From the IMG/VR virus record IMGVR_UViG_3300050821_013558: 64,000 bases of DNA; one strand, 5' to 3'. Position 1 is the first letter of the stretch; each line of letters begins with the position of its first letter. The position numbers and the translations under genes were made by a program. The notes under the pieces are model-generated. The model did no database searches, was not told the origin of the DNA, and worked only from the letters and a program-made list of their open reading frames with translations. Positions 1 through 7,801 of the stretch are shown here, piece after piece. The DNA is from an uncultured virus (IMG/VR IMGVR_UViG_3300050821_013558). Lineage: Duplodnaviria > Heunggongvirae > Uroviricota > Caudoviricetes.

Positions 1-68
1 GACAACGTCCTGGTCAGTAATAGACCGAACCGCATGGGGCGGTGGACGAATCCAATTGAGGTGGGCCA

Positions 69-581
69 GTGACCGTCGAGAGGCGACGCGGGGGAGAAAG
101 CAGGGATTTTGTGGTAGCTGAAATCACCCGGCAATTACAACCCGTGGAGTCCGCAGTGGCGAATATGGACAAGCGCCTGGAGCGCCTCTATAACTCCAAT
201 GGCGGCCCTCCGGGATATCTTCAGACTGCGCGTGCCGAGGATAATGGACGCTTCGAGATGATCTTCAAGATTCTCAACGAAGTCAATCCCAAGTTAAGAA
301 CACTGGAGGATTTCGTCAGGGATCATGAAACGGCCGAGAAGCAGAAGGAAGAAGATCAGGCAGCAGAGAGAATCGCACTAGCCGCAAAAGTCACAGAGTC
401 GGAGAAGAGATTTAAGAGGTGGCTAGGTTTAGCGACTCTTTTTCTCGGAATTCTAACTGTGATTATGAACCTGAGAGGCTGTGGGCCGAATCTGAAAGCG
501 CTATTCTTGTCGCAGAATCACTCAATATTACAGGATTCCCAAACACACGCGGATTATCATCCTGATGAGGTGACAAAATGA
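69..581 (+). CDS. Hypothetical coiled-coil protein with one C-proximal TM helix (lysis-region membrane protein)
   Basis: Charged helical body, then WLGLATLFLGILTVIM; stop overlaps next ATG; start uncertain. Confidence 0.6.
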   Translation: MTVERRRGGESRDFVVAEITRQLQPVESAVANMDKRLERLYNSNGGPPGYLQTARAEDNGRFEMIFKILNEVNPKLRTLEDFVRDHETAEKQKEEDQAAERIALAAKVTESEKRFKRWLGLATLFLGILTVIMNLRGCGPNLKALFLSQNHSILQDSQTHADYHPDEVTK

Positions 582-757
582 GTTCTCCCAATCCGTTTCC
601 TTGCGGCGGCGCGGGGCAGCATCCGTGCCCTCCGACCAACGCGCTTTCAATCTCAACCCCCAAAGGTTTTTATGCTACCGAAGACATGAACGCCTACGGA
701 GAAGAATGCTACAAAAAAGCGCTGGCCGACGCAACCGCGCACAAGCCGGCACAATGA
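578..757 (+). CDS. Small hypothetical protein, 59 aa (MSSPNPFPCGGAGQHPCPP...), not in ORF track
   Basis: GAGG SD; ATGA overlaps with both neighbours. Confidence 0.55.
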   Translation: MSSPNPFPCGGAGQHPCPPTNALSISTPKGFYATEDMNAYGEECYKKALADATAHKPAQ

Positions 758-978
758 CCGATAAGCCTCCTATCCCGCCAACGTCAAAAAGGGATGATAG
801 GAAGCCGTTGCATGAAAAAACGGATGAAGAATTAGATGCAGATGCCAAAGCACATCAGCGGGAAGTCTGGAGGCGGTGGGTGAAGAAAAGATGGCCCGTT
901 GCGAGCTACACCGATGAGCAGATTGATGAGTTGATAAAGCGATACCAAGATTCCGGCGGGCATGAAGGCCTACTATGA
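754..978 (+). CDS. Hypothetical protein (MTDKPP...)
   Basis: ATGA coupling at both ends; start re-called within track ORF 601..978. Confidence 0.5.
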   Translation: MTDKPPIPPTSKRDDRKPLHEKTDEELDADAKAHQREVWRRWVKKRWPVASYTDEQIDELIKRYQDSGGHEGLL

Positions 979-1199
979 CTGACACTGTTACGGTCGCAGT
1001 GATACACGCCATCGAGATCATCATTCCTTCCGGTATCAGCGCCTATGTCGCTCTGGTTGTCCTTCGCGTTCAGCGGGAAGTGGGTGAAGTTAAGCACGCC
1101 ATGAACAGTATCCTGGATAAACGTGTGGAAGTAGCGCATGACCTGGGATTTGCGGATGGAACTGCTTCGGGTGTGGAGCAAGAAAGAAATCGCAAATGA
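975..1199 (+). CDS. Small membrane protein, possible holin/antiholin
   Basis: Hydrophobic N-terminal helix, charged C-terminus, upstream of endolysin. Confidence 0.45.
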   Translation: MTDTVTVAVIHAIEIIIPSGISAYVALVVLRVQREVGEVKHAMNSILDKRVEVAHDLGFADGTASGVEQERNRK

Positions 1200-1807
1200 C
1201 CGTCACCTATCAATTCGCTTACACCGCTCTCGGGCCATGGACCGCCGTGTGGAACTCAGCCATCAATCTTACCGAGCCCACGTTCTACGCCGTGCAGGCA
1301 AACGCGGACGGCAGCGTGGAGCTATTCGTGTCCGGGCCGGCCGTAGCGGGTGCCACGGGCGCCGGGGCGCTGGCGAAAGGGGTTGTGGCTTCTCCTGCGA
1401 TCCCATTCTCACAGTTGACCACCAATGTGCTGGTGACGGTGGACGATTCGCCGGCCCGGCAATGGATCGAGATCGACACCCGGCTCACGACCGCAGACGG
1501 ATTCACCTACCCCGGAGATATGGATATCGGACTCGACGGCACGGTAAGGGTTGGGGACATCAGCGGGACCTGGCACGTTTCTCCGGTTAAGCTGGCGCCT
1601 TTTCGGCCCTGGACTGCCACGCCGCTCTCGATCCTGAAGACCTACGACTTCACCAAAAAGACAGTCACCATGTTCGGCATGACCTTCCCTGCGGCGAATA
1701 TTGGATGGGCTCCGAACGAAATCGTGAACCAGCTTCAGATCGATCAGGCTCCCGCCGGCGGGACGTGCGTGGCGTGTTTCAGCAATATTTCGATGGCAGG
1801 GAGTTAA
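1196..1807 (+). CDS. Beta-rich hypothetical protein (possible lectin-like fold)
   Basis: 203 aa T/V/W/G-rich ORF coupled to upstream gene. Confidence 0.55.
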   Translation: MTVTYQFAYTALGPWTAVWNSAINLTEPTFYAVQANADGSVELFVSGPAVAGATGAGALAKGVVASPAIPFSQLTTNVLVTVDDSPARQWIEIDTRLTTADGFTYPGDMDIGLDGTVRVGDISGTWHVSPVKLAPFRPWTATPLSILKTYDFTKKTVTMFGMTFPAANIGWAPNEIVNQLQIDQAPAGGTCVACFSNISMAGS

Positions 1808-1873
1808 TTTTGTTGAATTTAAGCACTTGGATGGATGTACCATAATGGCAACTTCAACACCTGAAGGTGGTCG

Positions 1874-2077
1874 ATGCATCATATCCCGCTGCCAAGGTTG
1901 CAGGATGTAGAGGTCACATTGGAAGGTTCTAAGCACGGATCAATGGATATTGACACGTATCTGGCTTGCTGCTATCTCGAAGCGAATGGCTGGAATTTTT
2001 ATGTCAATTATGATCCGACCGATGCGCTTGAAAAGGCTCGGCAACGATACATGGAGTTTGGGAGAGCGAGTCAATGA
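1874..2077 (+). CDS. Hypothetical protein
   Basis: SD-like AGGTGG; stop overlaps next ATG. Confidence 0.5.
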   Translation: MHHIPLPRLQDVEVTLEGSKHGSMDIDTYLACCYLEANGWNFYVNYDPTDALEKARQRYMEFGRASQ

Positions 2078-2427
2078 TCATGATCGATCACCCCGCGTGG
2101 GAAGCTCTCCGAATCGGAGTCGCCAATGCGATTACGAATAATCTTCCTGAATGGATTATCTTTATCGGAGCCCTCGCTATTGCTTTTGTTTGTACATGGC
2201 CGGAATTGATTCCTCGAAATGCACAGGACTGGTGGTCATGGTTTCGGAATGCGTTTCAGACTGCAGTCCCGGCAGCACGAGCAAGGCATGAAGCTTCAAG
2301 TTCCACCATTACCACCACTACGGATTCTTCAACCAAACAAGAGGCATCGGCGAGTACCGCCCTTGATCCCCCAGCGGTCCCTACGACGCCGGTAGAACCG
2401 GCAGCAGTTCCCAAGCAAGGAGCATAA
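2074..2427 (+). CDS. Membrane protein, putative holin
   Basis: TM segment WIIFIGALAIAFVCTW; lysis-cassette position. Confidence 0.45.
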   Translation: MIMIDHPAWEALRIGVANAITNNLPEWIIFIGALAIAFVCTWPELIPRNAQDWWSWFRNAFQTAVPAARARHEASSSTITTTTDSSTKQEASASTALDPPAVPTTPVEPAAVPKQGA

Positions 2428-2871
2428 ATGAAGCGCAAACTGAAACTAGCGGCCCTGTATTTAGCATCGGGAGTGTTCTGGGCAGTATTTCTCCTGACGT
2501 GCTTCTCAGCGGTGGGCTGCACTCCAACCACGACGACTCCAGCGCAACTGGCTCCCGGCTACCAGAATGCGGCCGATCAACAGATGGGGAGCATATTGTC
2601 TGGAGCGCGCGCCTTCTACACGTCGATTCAGCAACAGTCGGCAGCGGGAACGCTGACGCTGACCCCGGCAGTGAAGCAGGCGTTCAACACGTTCGGAGTG
2701 AGCCTGAACGCAGCGGAGTCAGTCTATCTGGAATATCACGCGCTATTCAGCAGTGGGGTATCGGCAGCAGACCCGACGACAACGGCAAATTTGGAAGCCA
2801 AAGCTCAGGCAGCAGTCAACACGGTCCAGAGCCAGCAGGCAGCCCTTCCGCTGCCGGGAGCGACGAAATGA
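2428..2871 (+). CDS. Putative lipoprotein
   Basis: Basic N-terminus, hydrophobic stretch, lipobox-like AVG-C; AAGGAG SD. Confidence 0.6.
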   Translation: MKRKLKLAALYLASGVFWAVFLLTCFSAVGCTPTTTTPAQLAPGYQNAADQQMGSILSGARAFYTSIQQQSAAGTLTLTPAVKQAFNTFGVSLNAAESVYLEYHALFSSGVSAADPTTTANLEAKAQAAVNTVQSQQAALPLPGATK

Positions 2872-3257
2872 GCACAACCCCCACACCAGCGCCCGCTACG
2901 GGATTCTGGACGAAATTCAAGGCTATCCTGCCCGCGCTTGAGATGGCTGGTAATGTCGCTCTCCTAGCTACGCCGTTCGCTGCTTTTGAGCCATTGGTCG
3001 CAGGGCTTGAAACCGATTCGCAATCGCTGGTGAATCTCATCAGTACTAAGCCGTCTGTGCAGACCGAAACGATGGCTTTGTTCGCCAGCAGTATCGGCAT
3101 CCTGACTACGCTCAAGGCTCAACCAGGATTGCCTGCCGCAACGTTGACACAGATTGACGGATACATCACCGCAGCCGAGGCGGGAACAGCAGCTTACATT
3201 CAGGCGGAATCTGGATTTTCGGCAGCCAACTATCAACCCGTAACGCCGATTGCATAG
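2868..3257 (+). CDS. Ala/Thr-rich helical hypothetical protein (MSTTPTP...)
   Basis: GGAG SD and ATGA overlap; start re-called within track ORF 2499..3257. Confidence 0.6.
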   Translation: MSTTPTPAPATGFWTKFKAILPALEMAGNVALLATPFAAFEPLVAGLETDSQSLVNLISTKPSVQTETMALFASSIGILTTLKAQPGLPAATLTQIDGYITAAEAGTAAYIQAESGFSAANYQPVTPIA

Positions 3258-3259
3258 TC

Positions 3260-3739
3260 ATGCCTGACCTCAAGATTCGCTTTATCACGGAGTCTGATGC
3301 CGTCTCCGCAGCCATCCGGTTTGTTACTTTCTCGGAGTTTTCGCATACCGAGATAGAGCTGCCGGATGGCTCTTTTTTAGGGGCGCACGCAGGCTCGGGC
3401 GTCCAGATCCGGCCGGCCAATTACTGCAAGCCGACTTTCGAGAGACGCTACGCGTTGCCTCTTAATGACGAAAAGTACGCGCAGGCTATGAAGTACGCGC
3501 ATTCCTGCATCGGCTATTCCTACAACTACACCGATATCGTCGGCTTGCTCTTCCACCACAACCTGACATCGAAAGGCCGGGTTATCTGCTCGCAGTTCGT
3601 CTTCGATGTGATGACAGTGGCTGGAATTCAATCGTTGAACGTTTTACAGGCTTACGACTTTCGCGTGACGCCCGACATCCTGCATTTCTCGCCGGTCTTT
3701 ATCGGCAAACAATACCTACAAACGGCGGTGCCGAAATGA
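3260..3739 (+). CDS. Permuted papain-like amidase (YaeF/YiiX-type NlpC/P60)
   Basis: FSHTEI (His) precedes Y-x-YNY and VICSQFV (Cys), the permuted order. Confidence 0.75.
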   Translation: MPDLKIRFITESDAVSAAIRFVTFSEFSHTEIELPDGSFLGAHAGSGVQIRPANYCKPTFERRYALPLNDEKYAQAMKYAHSCIGYSYNYTDIVGLLFHHNLTSKGRVICSQFVFDVMTVAGIQSLNVLQAYDFRVTPDILHFSPVFIGKQYLQTAVPK

Positions 3740-4251
3740 GCGACTTCAACCTCTGCTATTCCTTCTTGCTTCCGAATGAGGCGGCATTCGAAAACGGTGC
3801 GCCCGTGTTTGAGCCTAACCCGGATCCTACGAGAAGCGATCCGGCAGCTCAGGCCCTTGCGGGTATCAACTCTGCTTACTGGCCGGAGGACTTCGCGGCG
3901 ATTCTTGCGCTGCCTCAAGATCAACGTGGTCCCGCAGTTCAGGATTTCTACAAGCGCAACTTCTGGGGAGTCTGGCTCGACAAACTGGATTCAAACAAAA
4001 TTGCCGCCATGGTGCTGGATGCCAGCGTGAACCAGGGTGAAGGCTGGGCGGTGAGATTCCTGCAAACCTCATGCGGCGCCACGGTGGACGGAATATGGGG
4101 GCCGAATACGATCACAGCGGCCAACAGCGTGCCGGAAAGTGTGCTCATCCCTGCGTTCGTAGCAGCCCGTAAAGCGCGTTACACGGCTGTAGGCGGCCCA
4201 TCCCTGCCTGATTGGTTAGCAAGGGCTTCTAAAGTGCCACAATTCGCTTGA
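3736..4251 (+). CDS. Endolysin, GH108-like lysozyme with peptidoglycan-binding segment
   Basis: LPNE..., AGIN, FYKRNFW, VLDASVNQG, FLQ..G..VDGIWGPNT. Confidence 0.85.
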   Translation: MSDFNLCYSFLLPNEAAFENGAPVFEPNPDPTRSDPAAQALAGINSAYWPEDFAAILALPQDQRGPAVQDFYKRNFWGVWLDKLDSNKIAAMVLDASVNQGEGWAVRFLQTSCGATVDGIWGPNTITAANSVPESVLIPAFVAARKARYTAVGGPSLPDWLARASKVPQFA

Positions 4252-4299
4252 TCCACACACGCAGCGCAGGAAACCAGCCGAGTTCACAATCCCAGATGG

Positions 4300-4839
4300 T
4301 CACCGATCCCCCTTGCCGGTAGAGCGGGCCGCGAACTCAACTTGCAATGCTTCGATTTCCTTGCGCGTATCTGAGAATTCTTCCGTGTCTAGGCAGTCGA
4401 GCAGATCTTCAAAGAGTTCTATTGCGCGGTCCACTGGCTGCTTCAGACGTGCCACTTCGGCCTTTGCTTCAGCCTTATGCTTATCGTCCATAAAAACGGC
4501 GTGATTCAACTCGCGTTGCAGTCGCTCATTCTCTTCGCGCAGCCTGGTGTTGTCGGCTTCGAGGGAGGCGATGCGCTCGATGAGGCGCACGATTTCTTTG
4601 TCAAATTCGAAAGAATTGTGAGCAGTGCGGGGATGTTTGCCCGCGTCAGTCCAAGCCTTTAAAAGCGTATGGCGCTCCCGCAGATCATCCGGCACCTTAG
4701 GGCTGTCGCTCCCCGCTTGCTGCGGCAGGAATTTAGTGTGCTCACCCGCATCGCAAAATGGGACGTAGCGGCCCTCAACTACTATGCCGGGGTGTTGGCG
4801 TTCGGTTTTACCGCAGTGTTGGCATGTTGGCTCACTCAT
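4300..4839 (-). CDS. Hypothetical coiled-coil protein
   Basis: AAGGAG SD; last gene of leftward arm. Confidence 0.6.
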   Translation of the reverse strand: MSEPTCQHCGKTERQHPGIVVEGRYVPFCDAGEHTKFLPQQAGSDSPKVPDDLRERHTLLKAWTDAGKHPRTAHNSFEFDKEIVRLIERIASLEADNTRLREENERLQRELNHAVFMDDKHKAEAKAEVARLKQPVDRAIELFEDLLDCLDTEEFSDTRKEIEALQVEFAARSTGKGDR

Positions 4840-4932
4840 GGTGATTCTCCTTCGCCAGCCACCGCGAAATGCCGATAATAAGAAATCCCCAAATCATCAG
4901 CCAAAAACCTGGATCATTCCAAAAATCTCCCA

Positions 4933-5367
4933 TCACTGATTCTCCTTCGCCAGTGCGTCTATTTTATGATTAAGGAAAGCGAATCGTCCATCCTCTACTG
5001 GTTCATGGATATGATCTCCAACCAATTGCTCCCACCCACAAGTGCAGCCTACATACACGAAGACGGTAGAACCGTGATGAAGCATCCCCGGCCCCCCATG
5101 ATCATCCTTACATCCAGCCATGCAGGGATAGTGGTAGGGTAAGTTCGCCGTCCTGTCGCCGTCCTTGCGCTTAACGCTTAGATTGGCCCACCGCTCCTCT
5201 CGACGCCACTTGATTGAATGCGTGCTGCTTTTCTGATCACTCACAACTTCTCCTTCGCCAGTGCTGCGTCGGTGCGCTCCTGCATTAGCCCACGGAGTCT
5301 TGCGGAAGCTGCTAGGAAAAACAATCCGCTCAATTTGGCAGGCGATCACATGCACCGATTTTTCCAT
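4933..5367 (-). CDS. Hypothetical Cys/His-rich protein (true start may be the GTG near 5240)
   Basis: Open frame; internal AAGGAG SD before VSDQ. Confidence 0.45.
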   Translation of the reverse strand: MEKSVHVIACQIERIVFPSSFRKTPWANAGAHRRSTGEGEVVSDQKSSTHSIKWRREERWANLSVKRKDGDRTANLPYHYPCMAGCKDDHGGPGMLHHGSTVFVYVGCTCGWEQLVGDHIHEPVEDGRFAFLNHKIDALAKENQ

Positions 5368-5376
5368 TCTGGCCTC

Positions 5377-5820
5377 CTACTTCATTCCACGTTTCAGTTC
5401 GGTTAGTGCTGCTTGTTCGCGTGCGAGAATGCGTGCCCACCTACAAAGTTCTCTGACAAGCGGTGTGTATTGTTCGACCATTGTCGCTAGTCTGATCTCG
5501 CCATGCATTTCCCAAAACTCTAAATTTAAAAGCGCAATCTCTTCCTCTACTTGCCGAATCTCCTCTTCGCGGGCCTCGGTAAAGGCGCGGGCTGCTTGCC
5601 AATCACTAAAAGCATGCTGCCGCCAATAGGGCGAGTAGAGGCGAATTGGCTTACGCATTTGCCGCGCGATCACGATGCGACTAAACCTCTGCCTCACACA
5701 CTCTTCATCTGTCATTTTCCGTTTCCTCTCTATAGCCTGTACCGCGTCACGCCGGTTTCTCGATGTGGCATTCATCGCATTCAGTGAAGCCAACGCCCTT
5801 GTCCTCGTCGATTCGCTCAA
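5377..5820 (-). CDS. Hypothetical protein (start probably internal, MTDEECVR)
   Basis: Open frame on coding strand of arm. Confidence 0.45.
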   Translation of the reverse strand: MSESTRTRALASLNAMNATSRNRRDAVQAIERKRKMTDEECVRQRFSRIVIARQMRKPIRLYSPYWRQHAFSDWQAARAFTEAREEEIRQVEEEIALLNLEFWEMHGEIRLATMVEQYTPLVRELCRWARILAREQAALTELKRGMK

Positions 5821-6303
5821 CCCAACGGTGAACGTGTTCCGGCTTGTACGTTACCGTTGTGACTGTCGAGGGCGGCGCAATGGCAAGCTGCCCCTGAAAC
5901 GACATCCGCCATCGAGCTTGCGTGCAATCGTGGCAGTCGCAACGTTGATGTTCTTGCGGATACCCGCCAAAAAACGCATTCAAAGGTGCTCCCATCATCC
6001 CCTCCATCCCCGGTTAAGCCACGCGCTAACGCGGCACGAGCACTGTGACAGGCCCAACTTTTTCAATCAGTGGCACGCATTTTTTGTCGCATTGATAGTA
6101 CGCAGCCCGTTTGGGCGCGGCACAGGATGCGAGCGCCAGAAGCAAAATGCAGGCGGCGATCGACACAGCCACGATGCAAGCAGCGTCGATGTACTTTTGC
6201 ACGCGCTCTTCGAGTTGAGGATTGTGTGGGGTTTCGTCGTCGTATCGGTCGGCCATGGGTCACTTCGCTTTCGTTTCCAGTGCTTTCAGTGCGATTGCGT
6301 ATT

Positions 6304-6633
6304 TCATAGCTTCGGCTTTCTTAATAGTTTCTCCACTGGCGCGTGGCACGGTTTAGTGGGATCGTTGGGTGGTGCTGCGCAGTCCGTTTTAGAACTTCCA
6401 TCTTCTACAGATAATGGATGTTCATTCCCGTTAATATCTTTTAAATAAACCACATATGTAATCTCGCAAGGACCGAAAACTGGAGAGGCATCGCAAGGCG
6501 CTCCCACCACATCGTCTCGGACAGGAGCGCGCATCCGTTGAATTTGAGCAAGTTGGAATGATCGTAATGGTTCAGGAGAAGGCTTCGCACACCCCGCCAT
6601 TCCAATCATCAGTGCTGCGATTGCGAGTTTCAT
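6304..6633 (-). CDS. Putative lipoprotein
   Basis: MKLAIAALMIGMAG-C lipobox-like signal; GGAGG SD. Confidence 0.6.
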   Translation of the reverse strand: MKLAIAALMIGMAGCAKPSPEPLRSFQLAQIQRMRAPVRDDVVGAPCDASPVFGPCEITYVVYLKDINGNEHPLSVEDGSSKTDCAAPPNDPTKPCHAPVEKLLRKPKL

Positions 6634-6640
6634 AAGCCTC

Positions 6641-6892
6641 CTAATACAAGTATCCGCCGTTATTCCAAGCCTTCGCCACGAGTCCGATCGACGAACTGAC
6701 GCCGGCCTTTTTGTAGACCCGGCACAGGTGCATCTTGACCGCGTGGTCGGTTACGCCGAGTACCGCCGCGATTTCATCGACCTTTTGCCCCTGGAACAGC
6801 AAGGTCACAATTTCGGCTTCGGATTTGGTCATGAGGATGGGGTCAAGCATCGACTCCCGCCTGTCTCGGCTTGACAAATTCCGTGGCGACAA
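6641..6892 (-). CDS. LuxR-type HTH DNA-binding protein
   Basis: MTKSEAEIVTLL.QGQKVDEIAAVLGVTDHAVKMHLCRVYKKAGV. Confidence 0.8.
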   Translation of the reverse strand: MSPRNLSSRDRRESMLDPILMTKSEAEIVTLLFQGQKVDEIAAVLGVTDHAVKMHLCRVYKKAGVSSSIGLVAKAWNNGGYLY

Positions 6893-7070
6893 GCCGGTCG
6901 CATTCGTATCTGATCACGTCCGATTCACGGTACATCACCCGCCGGTTCAGCTTGACGTAGGGGCAACCCTTCCCCTGGCTGCGCAGATTGGCCAGATAGC
7001 TGCGGGATGTCGACCATCGCTTCGCGAGTTCATCGGCGGCGAGGAGTCGGTTCATGATCCACACTCGCAA
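6843..7070 (-). CDS. Excisionase/AlpA-like HTH protein
   Basis: LLAADELAKRW..SRSYLANLRSQGKGCPYVKLNRRVMYR. Confidence 0.75.
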   Translation of the reverse strand: MRVWIMNRLLAADELAKRWSTSRSYLANLRSQGKGCPYVKLNRRVMYRESDVIRYECDRLVATEFVKPRQAGVDA

Positions 7071-7801
7071 GAGCCTATCTCGATAGCCTCTTTCCTATTT
7101 ACCTTATGAAACAACCCTTCTTGCTCAATCTGCACCAGCGAGTATCTGCGACTGAATGTTGCCCCAAATTCCACCTCCAACTGTTTTCGTTGCACAAACA
7201 CCTCCGGTGCATTTTCCTTCACCGCTAGCCAATACGCTTTCCCTCCTCGAACACAACCAACACAATTTGCATGATCGCTCCACGAATACATCCTTGGGAT
7301 AGGAACGCCCATTGTGCAAGAGCACCAATCGGCGCAGTCCTGTTTACTCACTCCATCTTCTATGATCGGAAACCTCGGAGTGAAACCCATCTTCCAGCCC
7401 ATCGCAACCATGCGTTGAACCCGCTCAGATTCATTTGAACTGAACCCAAACACCTTCACGATCTCGTCTACTCCGCTCTTCTTCAATTCGTCGATGTACC
7501 GATTTCCCGGCTCGATTTTTAGTTCATGAGAGCAAAACGCCATCATGTTATTGGGCAGCGCGTTGTGGTCATACGCGAGTTCGGTGACACTACGACCGTC
7601 ACTTCTCTCTGTGAGCGGGTGGTCAAGTTTAGCGATCATCTCTCGAAGGAAACGGTAGGTATCAGAATCCTCTTCTTTTGTATCGTGAAAAAGGAGAACC
7701 ACCTCATCTTTCGGAAATGTTCGCAATGCCCAACCAGCACACCATGCTGACGTGACACCGCCAGAAAATCCGACAACAACTCTTCTTTTCATTCCGGCCA
7801 T
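7052..7801 (-). CDS. PAPS-reductase-like (PP-loop) protein with Cys cluster
   Basis: VVVGFSGGVTS PP-loop, DT..EDSDTYRFL, FCSHELK, HANCVGCV, C-terminal SCEC. Confidence 0.8.
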   Translation of the reverse strand: MAGMKRRVVVGFSGGVTSAWCAGWALRTFPKDEVVLLFHDTKEEDSDTYRFLREMIAKLDHPLTERSDGRSVTELAYDHNALPNNMMAFCSHELKIEPGNRYIDELKKSGVDEIVKVFGFSSNESERVQRMVAMGWKMGFTPRFPIIEDGVSKQDCADWCSCTMGVPIPRMYSWSDHANCVGCVRGGKAYWLAVKENAPEVFVQRKQLEVEFGATFSRRYSLVQIEQEGLFHKVNRKEAIEIGSCECGS

